From: a virus | Reading direction: 5' to 3' (one strand) | UHGV virus genome: UHGV-0227276 | Length of the DNA: 23,483 nt | Shown here: one piece after another, positions 8,993-18,080 of the stretch | Layout of the letters: every line of letters begins with the position of its first letter | Position numbering within the stretch: the first letter of the stretch is position 1 | Notes under the pieces: generated by a model | Databases searched by the model: none | Seen by the model: the letters and a program-made list of their open reading frames with translations, nothing else | What the model was told of the DNA's origin: nothing | Made by a program: the position numbers and the translations under genes

Positions 8993-9338
8993 TCTCTGCT
9001 CCTGTTGATACGGAAAGGGACACAGGCACACCGTTATTCCGCCGCCCGGTCAGCTCCACCACCATTGAACCGTCAAAATTGCTGTTGATGGTGATGGAAT
9101 CCAGCGTCAGCCGTGGCTCCCAGCGACTCAGCGCCACATACACTGCCGACATGACCTGCAGGCGTAACGCCGGATTTTGTGGCTGATCTATTAAAGCCGA
9201 CAGCAGGGAACCATATTCCCGGCGGGCAATGCGGCTACCCTGCGGTGTCAGCAGAATGTCCCGCACCGACTGGCGCAGATGGTCAATATCAGTAATAGCT
9301 TTACCGCTGGTATTGTTCATCCCGATATAAAGCGTCAT
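8979..9338 (-). CDS. W: baseplate protein W (P2 gpW-like), 119 aa
   Basis: Small ORF between V and J; MTLYIGMNNTSGKAITDIDHLRQSVRDILLTPQGSRIARREYGS... Confidence 0.85.
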   Translation of the reverse strand: MTLYIGMNNTSGKAITDIDHLRQSVRDILLTPQGSRIARREYGSLLSALIDQPQNPALRLQVMSAVYVALSRWEPRLTLDSITINSNFDGSMVVELTGRRNNGVPVSLSVSTGAENGSD

Positions 9339-9913
9339 ACCGGGCCTCCGGTTGTGTCGCCGCCTTTCAGGACGCCAGTATGCTGATGCGCATCAACCAC
9401 GATCCCGTTAGAACTCATTGCACCGCCGCCCTGGGTAACGCCACCATTGATCACCACTTCGCTGTTAATACGCGTGCGGTCAGCCTCCAGCACAAACTCA
9501 CTGGTTTTCAGGGTGATGTTGTCGGCAGCCTCAATGACCATGGATTTGATGCCCCTGACATACCAGCGCCCGGTGGCGGGTTCGTATTCAAACCAGCCAC
9601 CGTCAGGATGTTCTGTCACGCAGGCGTCCGCCGACGTCGACGGTGGTGCGAACTGATTCGAATAGACAGCGGGCAGCGCAAAGGCGGTCTCCAGATTGCC
9701 GCCCAGACTCAGCAGCACCACCTGCTCACCTTCCGATGGTCGCCACCATGTCCGGGCATTCCCGGCACGCAGGGTCAGCCAGCTGATCCAGTTGGTTTCG
9801 AGGTCGCCAGTTTTCACCCGGCAAAGCCAGTTTTCCCGGTCCACTTCGGTGACTACACCTGTGCGGATCAGGTTGGTGATAAGGCGCATGATTTCGGTTA
9901 ATTGTGCGTTCAT
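9335..9913 (-). CDS. V: baseplate spike / assembly protein V (P2 gpV-like), 192 aa
   Basis: First gene of the V-W-J-I-H-G operon; MNAQLTEIMRLITNLIRTGVVTEVDRENW... Confidence 0.85.
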   Translation of the reverse strand: MNAQLTEIMRLITNLIRTGVVTEVDRENWLCRVKTGDLETNWISWLTLRAGNARTWWRPSEGEQVVLLSLGGNLETAFALPAVYSNQFAPPSTSADACVTEHPDGGWFEYEPATGRWYVRGIKSMVIEAADNITLKTSEFVLEADRTRINSEVVINGGVTQGGGAMSSNGIVVDAHQHTGVLKGGDTTGGPV

Positions 9914-9959
9914 TCACTTAATTTGCCACGCTACCGATTCTCAGTCAGATGGTGTAAAT

Positions 9960-9977
9960 TGTTCTGCATATGGCACA
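9960..9977 (-). promoter_or_regulatory. candidate Ogr-type late-promoter site (TGT-N12-ACA) for the V operon
   Basis: TGT tctgcatatggc ACA dyad about 55 bp upstream of the V start; shares the ATGGC-ACA half with the FI site. Confidence 0.4.
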
Positions 9978-10701
9978 ATTTACATGTAAAATGGAAAAAT
10001 TAATGGCTAATAAATCTTCCTTTACCACTAAAAAAAATGACATTAAACCTGATCCGATAATTGCAATATTAGAGAAAAGAGCCAAATCAGCCCGAATCAC
10101 CATGCTTGTTTTTATCTACTTAATATTTACAGCTATGTTGCTTGTCTTTAGTGGCGTAGTAATGATGAAATCAAAAAATGACAACCCTTTCAAATCTTTC
10201 ATTAATATGCTTTATACTCCAAATGGAGTTGATTTTAGTAATTTCATTCCCAAAACCTCCCAAAACAATATCACATTACCTCTAAAAAAAGAGGAAAAAA
10301 GAGTAGAGGAAGGGACAAATCAAGACGAATTGGAACAATTCGTAAAAAGCATAAACATTAAGTCAAGAATAATGGATTCATATCTTTCATGGAAAAGCCC
10401 ATCACAAGAACTAGCAGAATCTGTTGCATCGATAGTGATTAGCCTAACGCTCTTAATTTTTGTCGGCTTCGTGATGAAAGCATCAATAATGTTTATTAAA
10501 TATCACATGCAGATTGGGAATGATTATGATAACCAAAAAATAGCCTATTTATTAAGCAAAGGAGATATTGATGTTTTCGAAAAAACATTAGGCTGCTTAA
10601 GAACACATAATATCACATTCGAAAAAACTCCGAATTTACCTCAAGAAAAAATAATTGATGGCTTAATAAATGCCTTGAATATATCAAAGAAAAACCAATA
10701 A
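9970..10701 (+). CDS. hypothetical two-transmembrane-helix protein (AT-rich moron between V and S), up to 243 aa; start uncertain (alternatives 9991 or 10003)
   Basis: Only plus-strand gene in a minus-strand late block; strongly AT-rich; predicted TM helices ITMLVFIYLIFTAMLLVFSGVVMM and VASIVISLTLLIFVGFVMKASIMFI; annotated first ATG overlaps the V promoter dyad. Confidence 0.6.
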   Translation: MAQFTCKMEKLMANKSSFTTKKNDIKPDPIIAILEKRAKSARITMLVFIYLIFTAMLLVFSGVVMMKSKNDNPFKSFINMLYTPNGVDFSNFIPKTSQNNITLPLKKEEKRVEEGTNQDELEQFVKSINIKSRIMDSYLSWKSPSQELAESVASIVISLTLLIFVGFVMKASIMFIKYHMQIGNDYDNQKIAYLLSKGDIDVFEKTLGCLRTHNITFEKTPNLPQEKIIDGLINALNISKKNQ

Positions 10702-10739
10702 CAACATCACTGATGTAAATATATTACTATATAGAAAAC

Positions 10740-11186
10740 CTAATTATGCAACCAGTTAAATAGAATTTCTTTCAAGACAGATGGCACCAGGTCATTTACC
10801 CCTAATAGCCGCCGTGCAATGTAACGGACCTCCGGTCCTTTACGGCTGACGCGATCACGTAAGCCGTAGTGATGAACACGGGCAATACGCTGCACCTTAC
10901 CTTCAAACTGCACGCTGGCAGAGTCGGCGCTGGCGGCAGTTTTCAGGTATTTTGTGGTGCGCAGCTTTGCAAACATCTGACGTTTGATGCGCCCCTTTTT
11001 ACTGCGTGCTGTTACCCGTCGCGGTTCATAGCTGCTGCCGTCAGGGTTGCGCTGCATCCTGATATTCTGCTGCTGTGTCCGGCGCAGTTCCTGCGCCAGC
11101 TGGCGCATCATGCGGCTTCTCGTGGCTGGCTCCAGATTCGCCAGCAAGGCACTCAGCCAGTCGTCCACCTTCTGCAGTTCAGCCAC
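10740..11186 (-). CDS. S: tail completion protein S (P2 gpS-like), 148 aa
   Basis: MAELQKVDDWLSALLANLEPATRSRMMRQLAQELRRTQQQN...; overlaps R stop; position R-S-V as in P2. Confidence 0.8.
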   Translation of the reverse strand: MAELQKVDDWLSALLANLEPATRSRMMRQLAQELRRTQQQNIRMQRNPDGSSYEPRRVTARSKKGRIKRQMFAKLRTTKYLKTAASADSASVQFEGKVQRIARVHHYGLRDRVSRKGPEVRYIARRLLGVNDLVPSVLKEILFNWLHN

Positions 11187-11631
11187 GTTTCACCGTCCAC
11201 ATTTCTTCAGGTTCATCAGGTTCCGCTACCGCTTCAACGTTCGACACACTGCCGTCAGTGCTGACCACCACACGCTCCGTCAGCTGCAGGTTAAGGCTGA
11301 TATCACAGACATCGTTGCGCAGAATATCCACCTCAAAGGTGAATAGTTTTTCCCGTAACGCCGGGTTATTGATGGCATCGGGCTGGTTATCACGCAGCCA
11401 CAGCAAAACCGGGGCCATCAGCAGATTCTGGTCGCCGCTGAAATCCTCAATCACCACGTTGAGGGTATAACGGTACTCCCATGACATGGAGCTGGCCCCC
11501 GTGGCAACCAGCGAACCGTTATCCACAAACAGATGCAGTTTGTCCGGGTTATTGCGGACATAAGGCACTGCTTTATTGAGGGCGTGGCGCAGGGACTGTG
11601 GTTTGTTCACTGTTTCGCTCCTGACACGCAA
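11179..11631 (-). CDS. R: tail completion protein R (P2 gpR-like), 150 aa
   Basis: ORF between the lysis cassette and S, as in P2. Confidence 0.8.
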   Translation of the reverse strand: MRVRSETVNKPQSLRHALNKAVPYVRNNPDKLHLFVDNGSLVATGASSMSWEYRYTLNVVIEDFSGDQNLLMAPVLLWLRDNQPDAINNPALREKLFTFEVDILRNDVCDISLNLQLTERVVVSTDGSVSNVEAVAEPDEPEEMWTVKRG

Positions 11632-11863
11632 TAATCATGTCCACTTTGTCTGCACAGACCGCCCAGGCGGCCTCCGTTTCATCCAGCAATGCGTTCAGAT
11701 CACCGTTAGTGCGCGGCGCTGCCTGCTCCAGCCGACACGGCGTCACTCGCGGACAACCACTGACGGTAAGCTGCACCTCCGGTGAGTGCCGGACGTTCCC
11801 GCAGCCGGATAATGTCAGCAGGCAAAGGAGTATCAGCCCAGCGGCGTAAATCCTCGTTCTCAC
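11573..11863 (-). CDS. lysC: outer-membrane spanin lipoprotein (LysC/Rz1-like), 96 aa, embedded in the +1 frame of lysB and overlapping R
   Basis: Signal peptide with lipobox LLTLSG-C (MRTRIYAAGLILLCLLTLSGCGN), Pro-rich C-terminus; starts inside lysB. Confidence 0.6.
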   Translation of the reverse strand: MRTRIYAAGLILLCLLTLSGCGNVRHSPEVQLTVSGCPRVTPCRLEQAAPRTNGDLNALLDETEAAWAVCADKVDMIIACQERNSEQTTVPAPRPQ

Positions 11864-12134
11864 GTTTCAGTTCCTCGATCCGGCGTTGTCGTTGTCTCAG
11901 CAGTGCGCTGGTCTGTTCTGCTTCGGCGTAGAGCCGCGCCTGCTCCCGGTTGTTGGTTTCAGCCAGAATGGACAGACCGATCAGCTGGCTGTTTTTCTTC
12001 GTCAGTTCTTGCGCTTTACTTTTCAGCGCCGCGCGCTGCGTTTCGATGGTGTGGCTGGCGCTGTTAAGCCGCCACGACTGCCAGCCCAGCGCAACTAGTG
12101 CCAGCGCCACCACTACTGCCAGCGCACGCGTCAT
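11706..12134 (-). CDS. lysB: inner-membrane spanin (LysB/Rz-like), 142 aa
   Basis: N-terminal TM helix ALAVVVALALVALGW followed by a charged coiled-coil region; directly downstream of the endolysin. Confidence 0.7.
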   Translation of the reverse strand: MTRALAVVVALALVALGWQSWRLNSASHTIETQRAALKSKAQELTKKNSQLIGLSILAETNNREQARLYAEAEQTSALLRQRQRRIEELKRENEDLRRWADTPLPADIIRLRERPALTGGAAYRQWLSASDAVSAGAGSAAH

Positions 12135-12646
12135 AGTCCAGCTCCTTTAAGGCACCAGGCCATCTCCCGCGCACGGCGGTTATCCAGCCCCTGATTAAAC
12201 ACACCTCTCACATAAACCCAGCGCGGCAACTGTCGGCATGCATCCGCCCAGCGCCGCTGATTGAGCAATTTCACCAGCGTGGAACTACAGGCATTGCCCG
12301 TCCCCACGTTGAAGGCAAACGACACCGTAGCGTCATACACCTTCTGCGGCGGCTGTTGCTTCACACACCTTTCCAACGCCCGCTCCACTCGTAGCACGTT
12401 GGAGATCAGCCCTTCAGCTGCCTGTCGTTCCGTAATAATTTTGCCGGGAATGACGCCCGACGTATTACCAATGCCGTCGGTCCAGACACCCGCGCTGCAC
12501 TGATACGGCTGCAGACGACAGCCTTCATAATCAGCGATCAGTTTCAGTCCCTCCTCGGAGGTGTGAAGCTGCTGAAACCCCGGCAGCGTGGCAGCAATAG
12601 CCAGCACGGCCCCGACAAGGCAGCGTTTAACGATTGATGGATTCAT
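12131..12646 (-). CDS. K: endolysin, lysozyme-like (P2 gpK-like), 171 aa
   Basis: EGCRLQPYQCSAGVWTDGIGNT matches the E-x8-(D/C)-x5-T catalytic spacing of T4-type lysozymes; hydrophobic N-terminus. Confidence 0.85.
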   Translation of the reverse strand: MNPSIVKRCLVGAVLAIAATLPGFQQLHTSEEGLKLIADYEGCRLQPYQCSAGVWTDGIGNTSGVIPGKIITERQAAEGLISNVLRVERALERCVKQQPPQKVYDATVSFAFNVGTGNACSSTLVKLLNQRRWADACRQLPRWVYVRGVFNQGLDNRRAREMAWCLKGAGL

Positions 12647-12842
12647 AGTCCTCCCGCGAGATCTGCCCGTCGCGCAGAAGCTGGTAGGCTTTGTGTTTGT
12701 AGTACCAGTTGATAGCCAGCATCAGCACACCGATCATCAGGCCGCCCAGCGTTGAGGCATCCTTGATGGACAAATCGCCCAGCCAGGCCAGCACGACGGC
12801 GATGCAATACGTGATAAAAGCGCTGATTCGCTCAAGCGTCAT
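12627..12842 (-). CDS. holin (P2 gpY position), 71 aa
   Basis: Two hydrophobic helices (ISAFITYCIAVVLAWLG, LGGLMIGVLMLAINWYY) and a charged C-terminus; immediately upstream of the endolysin. Confidence 0.6.
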   Translation of the reverse strand: MTLERISAFITYCIAVVLAWLGDLSIKDASTLGGLMIGVLMLAINWYYKHKAYQLLRDGQISREDYESINR

Positions 12843-12845
12843 AAT

Positions 12846-13049
12846 TCAGTCCCATAGCTGGACGGTCTGTACGGTGGTGGTTGTCGGAATGTCCGGCAGC
12901 TCCACCTGCAGCCCGTGAGGTAAAAAGGGGCCGTATTCGGCAAGCCCCGGATTTGCCTTCAGTACCTGCTCCGTGACACCCTGCGTGCGCCCGTAATGAC
13001 GCCAGCAAAGTGCGTCCACCGTGTCATACTGATGCGCGCGCACTTTCAT
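12846..13049 (-). CDS. X: tail protein X (P2 gpX-like), 67 aa
   Basis: 67-aa ORF between L and the holin, same size and position as P2 X. Confidence 0.75.
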   Translation of the reverse strand: MKVRAHQYDTVDALCWRHYGRTQGVTEQVLKANPGLAEYGPFLPHGLQVELPDIPTTTTVQTVQLWD

Positions 13050-13576
13050 CAGATAAGCTCCACTGTGCAGTGCGGCGCATCCTGCACCCGGCTGATGGCC
13101 CAGCGGGCGTCACGCCATAAATCACCGCTTGCTTCCGCCAGTTCCTCGCCTCGCTTCGCACCGGATGCCGTGGCGTCATAGTCCTGGTAACGTTCGTTGA
13201 GCATGGCGCGTGCCCAGCAGTAAACCGCGTTGAAATAGTGCTGAATGCGCTCGCTTTTGCCGTCCAGTTGTTCCGCCGGGACTTCTGCCAGCGAGGCATA
13301 CCCCAGCATCTGCTGGCGTCTGCGAAACTCATACAGCTCTGCGTTGACCTCCGAAATTGCCGACAGGGCAACCTGTTTTAAACGCGGCTGCGTCACCGTG
13401 CCGTCAGTGCGCATCACACTGCGAAACTCCGACAGGTCCACATCAGGCCAGAACGGCGTATTCCTGATGATTTCCGCCTGTTCCGGTGCCTGTTCTGGCG
13501 CAACAAACTTCATGCTGCTTTCTCCTGAAATAGAGGGCGGTGGACGGGGTTTTGATGTGGCAGTGCCTTTCGCCAC
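13049..13576 (-). CDS. L: head completion protein L (P2 gpL-like), 175 aa (possible internal start at MKFVAPEQ)
   Basis: ORF downstream of terminase small subunit M, as in P2 O-N-M-L. Confidence 0.8.
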   Translation of the reverse strand: MAKGTATSKPRPPPSISGESSMKFVAPEQAPEQAEIIRNTPFWPDVDLSEFRSVMRTDGTVTQPRLKQVALSAISEVNAELYEFRRRQQMLGYASLAEVPAEQLDGKSERIQHYFNAVYCWARAMLNERYQDYDATASGAKRGEELAEASGDLWRDARWAISRVQDAPHCTVELI

Positions 13577-13608
13577 CCCGTGCCGCCCGTGCGCGGGGGC
13601 ACGTTCTG

Positions 13609-14259
13609 TCAGCGGCTGTCATTGCGCAGTCTGCGCTCCAGCTGCTGTTTGTCTTTTTTCACGCCACAGCGGGGATCGAGCTGTAACGCATGGTTGAGAT
13701 GATTAAGGGCAGACGCCGGATTTCTTTCACTCAGGACAGCGCCAATCGCTTTATGCAGACGCGCCCGTGACTGGTCCGGCATATCCATACCGTCTGTCAG
13801 CTCCAGGGTCTTCAGCAACAGATCGGCATCAAAGCCGGTGGCGGCAAGCATTGCGCTCTGGGCTGCATCTGCCATTTCCTCTGCCAGCACGGTCTGCACG
13901 TTGCGGTTACCTAACGGCATCACCCAGCCATGACGCAGGGCGTGACGCCCGATCTCCAGCGCCCCGGCATAATCTCCGGCATCAATGCGCCACAGCATCA
14001 CGTACATCAGCACGTCATCCTGTTGAGCGCCTCCGGCAGCCAGGACACCCTCCGCCCAGGCGGCGTACTTCGGCAGCAGCTCCACCTTGATTTCCGCTTT
14101 TTTGACCGTGGACTGAACGCCCTTGAGACGGCGGCGGTCTTCCGCCAGTTGCAGCAGTATCAGGTCATAGCCCGACGCGTGGCGAACGCTGCCGCCCTCG
14201 CGGGCGGCCTGTTCAGCCTGAACGCGCAGGCGATGCTGCCGTGCGGGACTCAGGCTCAT
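13609..14259 (-). CDS. M: terminase small (endonuclease) subunit M (P2 gpM-like), 216 aa
   Basis: ORF between N and L, as in P2. Confidence 0.8.
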   Translation of the reverse strand: MSLSPARQHRLRVQAEQAAREGGSVRHASGYDLILLQLAEDRRRLKGVQSTVKKAEIKVELLPKYAAWAEGVLAAGGAQQDDVLMYVMLWRIDAGDYAGALEIGRHALRHGWVMPLGNRNVQTVLAEEMADAAQSAMLAATGFDADLLLKTLELTDGMDMPDQSRARLHKAIGAVLSERNPASALNHLNHALQLDPRCGVKKDKQQLERRLRNDSR

Positions 14260-14262
14260 GAA

Positions 14263-15321
14263 TTACGCTCCGGTTTCTGCTGCTGCGGCGCTGAAGTCGC
14301 CAATCTGGATGTTTTCCACCAGTGCGGCGCAGCGGTAGTCCTCAACCACATAGGCTTCGTTAACGGATTCAAAGTTTTCAATCCGGTCACGTTTCGGGTT
14401 GTCGATAACTGAGCGGCGGCGGGTGTCTTCCTGCCAGTAGATGGACAGGTTATCCAGACGGGTGATCAGCAGTGCATTCGGCGGGAAGAACGGCGCACGC
14501 ACGGCCTGCAGGCCACCCATGCGTTTCTGACTGATGATCATATCGGCAGCCAGTTTTTCACTGTTTTCCTGCTCTTTGTTGACCAGCGGGAAATACTTGT
14601 CAGACAGCAGTTCACGACCGCAAATCACCACCAGATCGTCATCGTCCTGGTAGACCACATCGATAAGCTCATTGACGGCATCCATCACCACGGCGTCCAG
14701 GTTGGCATATTCGCCACCTTTCCCGACTTTCACCGCACCCGGTGTGGTTTCACCGCCCGTGGTGGTGCTGCCCATGACGTGATCCGGTGCATCTTCACGG
14801 ATTTTCTGCAGCCAGCCTTTGTTCACATCCTGCAGCAGCGGGTTTTCGCTACGGTTGGAGGTTTTCGCACGCTTCACGCCGTTAAAGCCGATCATGATGC
14901 GGTCCAGAGCCTGACGTTTCACGATGGCGTCACGGATGCGCACCTGGAAATCCTGAAACTTCGCCCACAGGTCCAGCTTCGCGTAGGTCAGCACCGTGTC
15001 AAAGTTGGTCTGCTCGCATTTATATTCCACATCGACCATCAGCGTCGGATCGACAGGTTCACGCTCTTTCGCGGTGGTGTCAGTGGTTCCGGCAATGGTG
15101 CTGCCAACTCCCAGCCCCAGCAGCTGACCGGACTGCTCAGTCACTGGCGTGACGTTAATCAGCGTCAGGAAAGCGGCGGACTGCTGGATCTGGTCTTCCA
15201 GCGTCTGCTGCACAGACGGCTCCACGGTGAACTTGCTGGACAGTTCTTCAACTGCCACACCGTTCAGACGCGCCAGCTGCTGCAGGTAAGCGTTAAAAGC
15301 AAAGCGGGTATTCTTCTTCAT
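14263..15321 (-). CDS. N: major capsid protein N (P2 gpN-like), 352 aa
   Basis: MKKNTRFAFNAYLQQLARLNGVAVEELSSKFTVEPSVQQ...; size and position match P2 gpN. Confidence 0.9.
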   Translation of the reverse strand: MKKNTRFAFNAYLQQLARLNGVAVEELSSKFTVEPSVQQTLEDQIQQSAAFLTLINVTPVTEQSGQLLGLGVGSTIAGTTDTTAKEREPVDPTLMVDVEYKCEQTNFDTVLTYAKLDLWAKFQDFQVRIRDAIVKRQALDRIMIGFNGVKRAKTSNRSENPLLQDVNKGWLQKIREDAPDHVMGSTTTGGETTPGAVKVGKGGEYANLDAVVMDAVNELIDVVYQDDDDLVVICGRELLSDKYFPLVNKEQENSEKLAADMIISQKRMGGLQAVRAPFFPPNALLITRLDNLSIYWQEDTRRRSVIDNPKRDRIENFESVNEAYVVEDYRCAALVENIQIGDFSAAAAETGA

Positions 15322-15337
15322 CGGGTTTTGTGCTCCA

Positions 15338-16171
15338 TCAGCAATTGGTCAGAGTGTCAGCGGGGGCGTTACCGCCTGTTGCACGCTGGCGGTAGTCCTG
15401 GCGACTGTCTTCATGACTCAGCTTGTCCACCAGTTCGTTAAAGGCGGTTTGCTGTGCCTGCAGGGCAGTCTCCAGCTCAGACAGGCGTTCTTCCTGCTCA
15501 GACAGGGATTTTTCGGTGCGTGCGCTCAGGTTCTGCTGCTCAGTGGCGACCAGCTCCACAGCCTTATGCACATCAGAGAACCGGGCGTCATCGGACTGCT
15601 CTTTTTTGGTAAACAGCGCCGTGACGCGGGCAAACAGGGACGGTTTGTCGTCCTGGATTTCTTCCAGTTCGATCACCGTTTCCTCTGCAGCGGTAAAGAG
15701 ATTGGCAGGATTCTGCTTGCGGTTTGCCAGCGGGTTATGGGCTGCACTGGCGCTGAATGTCAGCATTTCCGTACCCAGACTGGCAGGGTCATCAGTGGCA
15801 GCCAGGCCGACCAGATAGGCTTTGCCCGTATCAGCGAACTTCGGGCTGACTTCCATAGAGGTGAATAATTTCTGGCCTTTTTTCACCAGTTCCACCAGGG
15901 ACTCCGTTGGCTCAACGTCGGCATACAGCGCCATCTTGCCTGCCAGCGGACCTTCCGTGATTTCTTCAGCAAACAGCGCCGTCACCTTGCCGTAGCGGTT
16001 AAAGGTGCTGTCCGGCAGATAAGACTTGATGTGCTCAAGGTTAATCAGCGCGGTATACACCGCCGGGTTGTAGCTGGCTGCCATCTGTTCCAGCCATTCA
16101 CGCTGGATTTCGCGTCCGTCGGTGGTGGCACCTTCCACCCCGATGCGAAAACGCTTTGCTTTCACTGTCAT
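15338..16171 (-). CDS. O: capsid scaffolding protein O (P2 gpO-like), 277 aa
   Basis: MTVKAKRFRIGVEGATTDGREIQREWLEQMAASYNP...; acidic coiled-coil C-terminal half; first gene of the head operon, divergent from P. Confidence 0.85.
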   Translation of the reverse strand: MTVKAKRFRIGVEGATTDGREIQREWLEQMAASYNPAVYTALINLEHIKSYLPDSTFNRYGKVTALFAEEITEGPLAGKMALYADVEPTESLVELVKKGQKLFTSMEVSPKFADTGKAYLVGLAATDDPASLGTEMLTFSASAAHNPLANRKQNPANLFTAAEETVIELEEIQDDKPSLFARVTALFTKKEQSDDARFSDVHKAVELVATEQQNLSARTEKSLSEQEERLSELETALQAQQTAFNELVDKLSHEDSRQDYRQRATGGNAPADTLTNC

Positions 16172-16249
16172 GAGCCGTGCTCCGTTAGAAAAAACTTACT
16201 GGAGCCTTATGGTTGCGGTGATGGGGGCAGTGAAACAATGCGCGGTATT

Positions 16250-16267
16250 TGTACCGACAACCACACA
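16250..16267 (-). promoter_or_regulatory. candidate Ogr-type late-promoter site (TGT-N12-ACA) in the divergent O/P control region
   Basis: TGT accgacaaccac ACA centred about 87 bp upstream of the O start codon. Confidence 0.45.
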
Positions 16268-16313
16268 AACCGCAGGCGGGGAAAGCCTTCATTCAAGGCT
16301 GTAGGTTTGTGCC

Positions 16314-18080
16314 ATGAACACCACACTGACACCCGCAGATCTCGATCCCCGTCGGCAGGCCATGCTGCTGTACTTTCAGGGATACCGCGTAGCCCGCATT
16401 GCTGAAATGCTGGGCGAGAAAGTTGCAACCGTTCACAGCTGGAAAAAACGCGACAAGTGGGGTGACTATGGGCCGCTGGATCAGATGCAGCTCACCACCG
16501 CCGCACGCTACTGCCAGCTCATTATGAAGGAGCACAAAGAAGGGAAAGATTTCAAAGAGATTGACCTGCTGGCGCGCCAGTCGGAGCGCCATGCGCGGAT
16601 CGGCAAGTTTAACAATGGCGGCAACGAAGCCGACTTAAACCCTAACGTCGCCAACCGCAACAAAGGCCCGCGCCGTCAGCCGGAAAAGAACGTTTTCACC
16701 GATGAACAGATTGAGAAGCTGGAAGAAATCTTCCATTCCTCCATGTTCAACTACCAGCGCCACTGGTGGGAAGCCGGAAAAACCAACCGCATCCGCAACC
16801 TGCTGAAGTCACGCCAGATCGGCGCGACCTTCTATTTTGCCCGTGAAGCCCTGATTGACGCCCTGCTAACCGGGCGTAACCAGATTTTCCTTTCCGCCAG
16901 CAAGGCTCAGGCCCACGTCTTTAAGCAGTACATCATCGACTTCGCCAAAGAAGTGGAGGTGGAGCTGAAAGGCGATCCGATGGTGCTTCCTAACGGGGCC
17001 ACGCTGTACTTCCTCGGCACCAATGCCCGCACGGCCCAGAGTTACCACGGCAACCTGTATCTGGATGAATATTTCTGGATACCGAAATTCCAGGAGCTGC
17101 GCAAAGTGGCTTCCGGTATGGCTATTCACAAAAAATGGCGACAAACCTATTTTTCCACGCCATCCAGCCTGACACACAGTGCTTATCCGTTCTGGTCCGG
17201 TGCGCTGTTCAACCGAGGGCGCAACAAAGCCGATAAGGTGGACATCGACCTGTCCCACAGCAATCTGGCCCCCGGCCTGCTGTGCGCAGACGGGCAGTAC
17301 CGCCAGATAGTCACTGTGGAAGATGCGGTGCGCGGCGGCTGTAACCTGTTCGACCTCGACCAGTTGCGCATGGAGTACAGCCCGGACGAATACCAGAACC
17401 TGCTGATGTGTGAGTTCGTGGACGATCTCGCGTCTGTGTTCCCACTCAGCGAGCTGCAGGCGTGCATGGTGGACAGTTGGGAAGTCTGGACCGACTTTCA
17501 TGCACTGGCCCTGCGCCCGTTTGGCTGGCGCGAAGTGTGGATCGGATATGACCCGGCGAAAGGTACGCAGAACGGCGACAGCGCCGGATGCGTGGTGGTG
17601 GCGCCGCCAGCCGTGCCGGGCGGTAAGTTCCGCATTCTTGAGCGTCACCAGTGGCGCGGAATGGACTTCCGCGCCCAGGCTGACGCCATCAAAAAACTGA
17701 CCGAACAGTACAACGTGACCTATATCGGTATCGACTCAACCGGCGTTGGTCACGGGGTTTACGAGAACGTGAAAGCGTTTTTTCCTGCCGTCCGGGAGTT
17801 TGTCTACAACCCCAACGTTAAAAACGCCCTGGTACTCAAGGCCTACGACATTATCAGCCACCGCCGTCTGGAGTTTGACGCCGGACACACCGACATAGCG
17901 CAGTCCTTTATGGCAATCCGTCGCGCCACCACCGCCAGTGGCAACCGCCCGACCTATGAAGCCAGCCGCAGCGAAGAAGCCAGCCATGCCGATCTGGCAT
18001 GGGCAACAATGCACGCACTGTTTAACGAACCGCTGCAGGGCGAATCCGCCAATACCAGCAATATTGTGGAGATTTTTTGA
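16314..18080 (+). CDS. P: terminase large (ATPase) subunit P (P2 gpP-like), 588 aa
   Basis: MNTTLTPADLDPRRQAMLLYFQGYRVARIAEMLGE...; size matches P2 gpP; followed by the portal gene with ATGA overlap. Confidence 0.9.
   Translation: MNTTLTPADLDPRRQAMLLYFQGYRVARIAEMLGEKVATVHSWKKRDKWGDYGPLDQMQLTTAARYCQLIMKEHKEGKDFKEIDLLARQSERHARIGKFNNGGNEADLNPNVANRNKGPRRQPEKNVFTDEQIEKLEEIFHSSMFNYQRHWWEAGKTNRIRNLLKSRQIGATFYFAREALIDALLTGRNQIFLSASKAQAHVFKQYIIDFAKEVEVELKGDPMVLPNGATLYFLGTNARTAQSYHGNLYLDEYFWIPKFQELRKVASGMAIHKKWRQTYFSTPSSLTHSAYPFWSGALFNRGRNKADKVDIDLSHSNLAPGLLCADGQYRQIVTVEDAVRGGCNLFDLDQLRMEYSPDEYQNLLMCEFVDDLASVFPLSELQACMVDSWEVWTDFHALALRPFGWREVWIGYDPAKGTQNGDSAGCVVVAPPAVPGGKFRILERHQWRGMDFRAQADAIKKLTEQYNVTYIGIDSTGVGHGVYENVKAFFPAVREFVYNPNVKNALVLKAYDIISHRRLEFDAGHTDIAQSFMAIRRATTASGNRPTYEASRSEEASHADLAWATMHALFNEPLQGESANTSNIVEIF

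Noticed and set aside
9953-9984. 10-bp palindrome TGTAAATTGT / ACAATTTACA considered as a separate operator
   Set aside because: It overlaps and is explained by the TGT-N12-ACA late-promoter dyad at 9960-9977
14779-15868. Plus-strand ORFs overlapping capsid genes N and O
   Set aside because: Antisense to conserved head genes; no independent support
16308-16325. Second TGT-N12-ACA match
   Set aside because: Overlaps the P start codon and coding sequence, so it cannot be an upstream activator site; most likely chance
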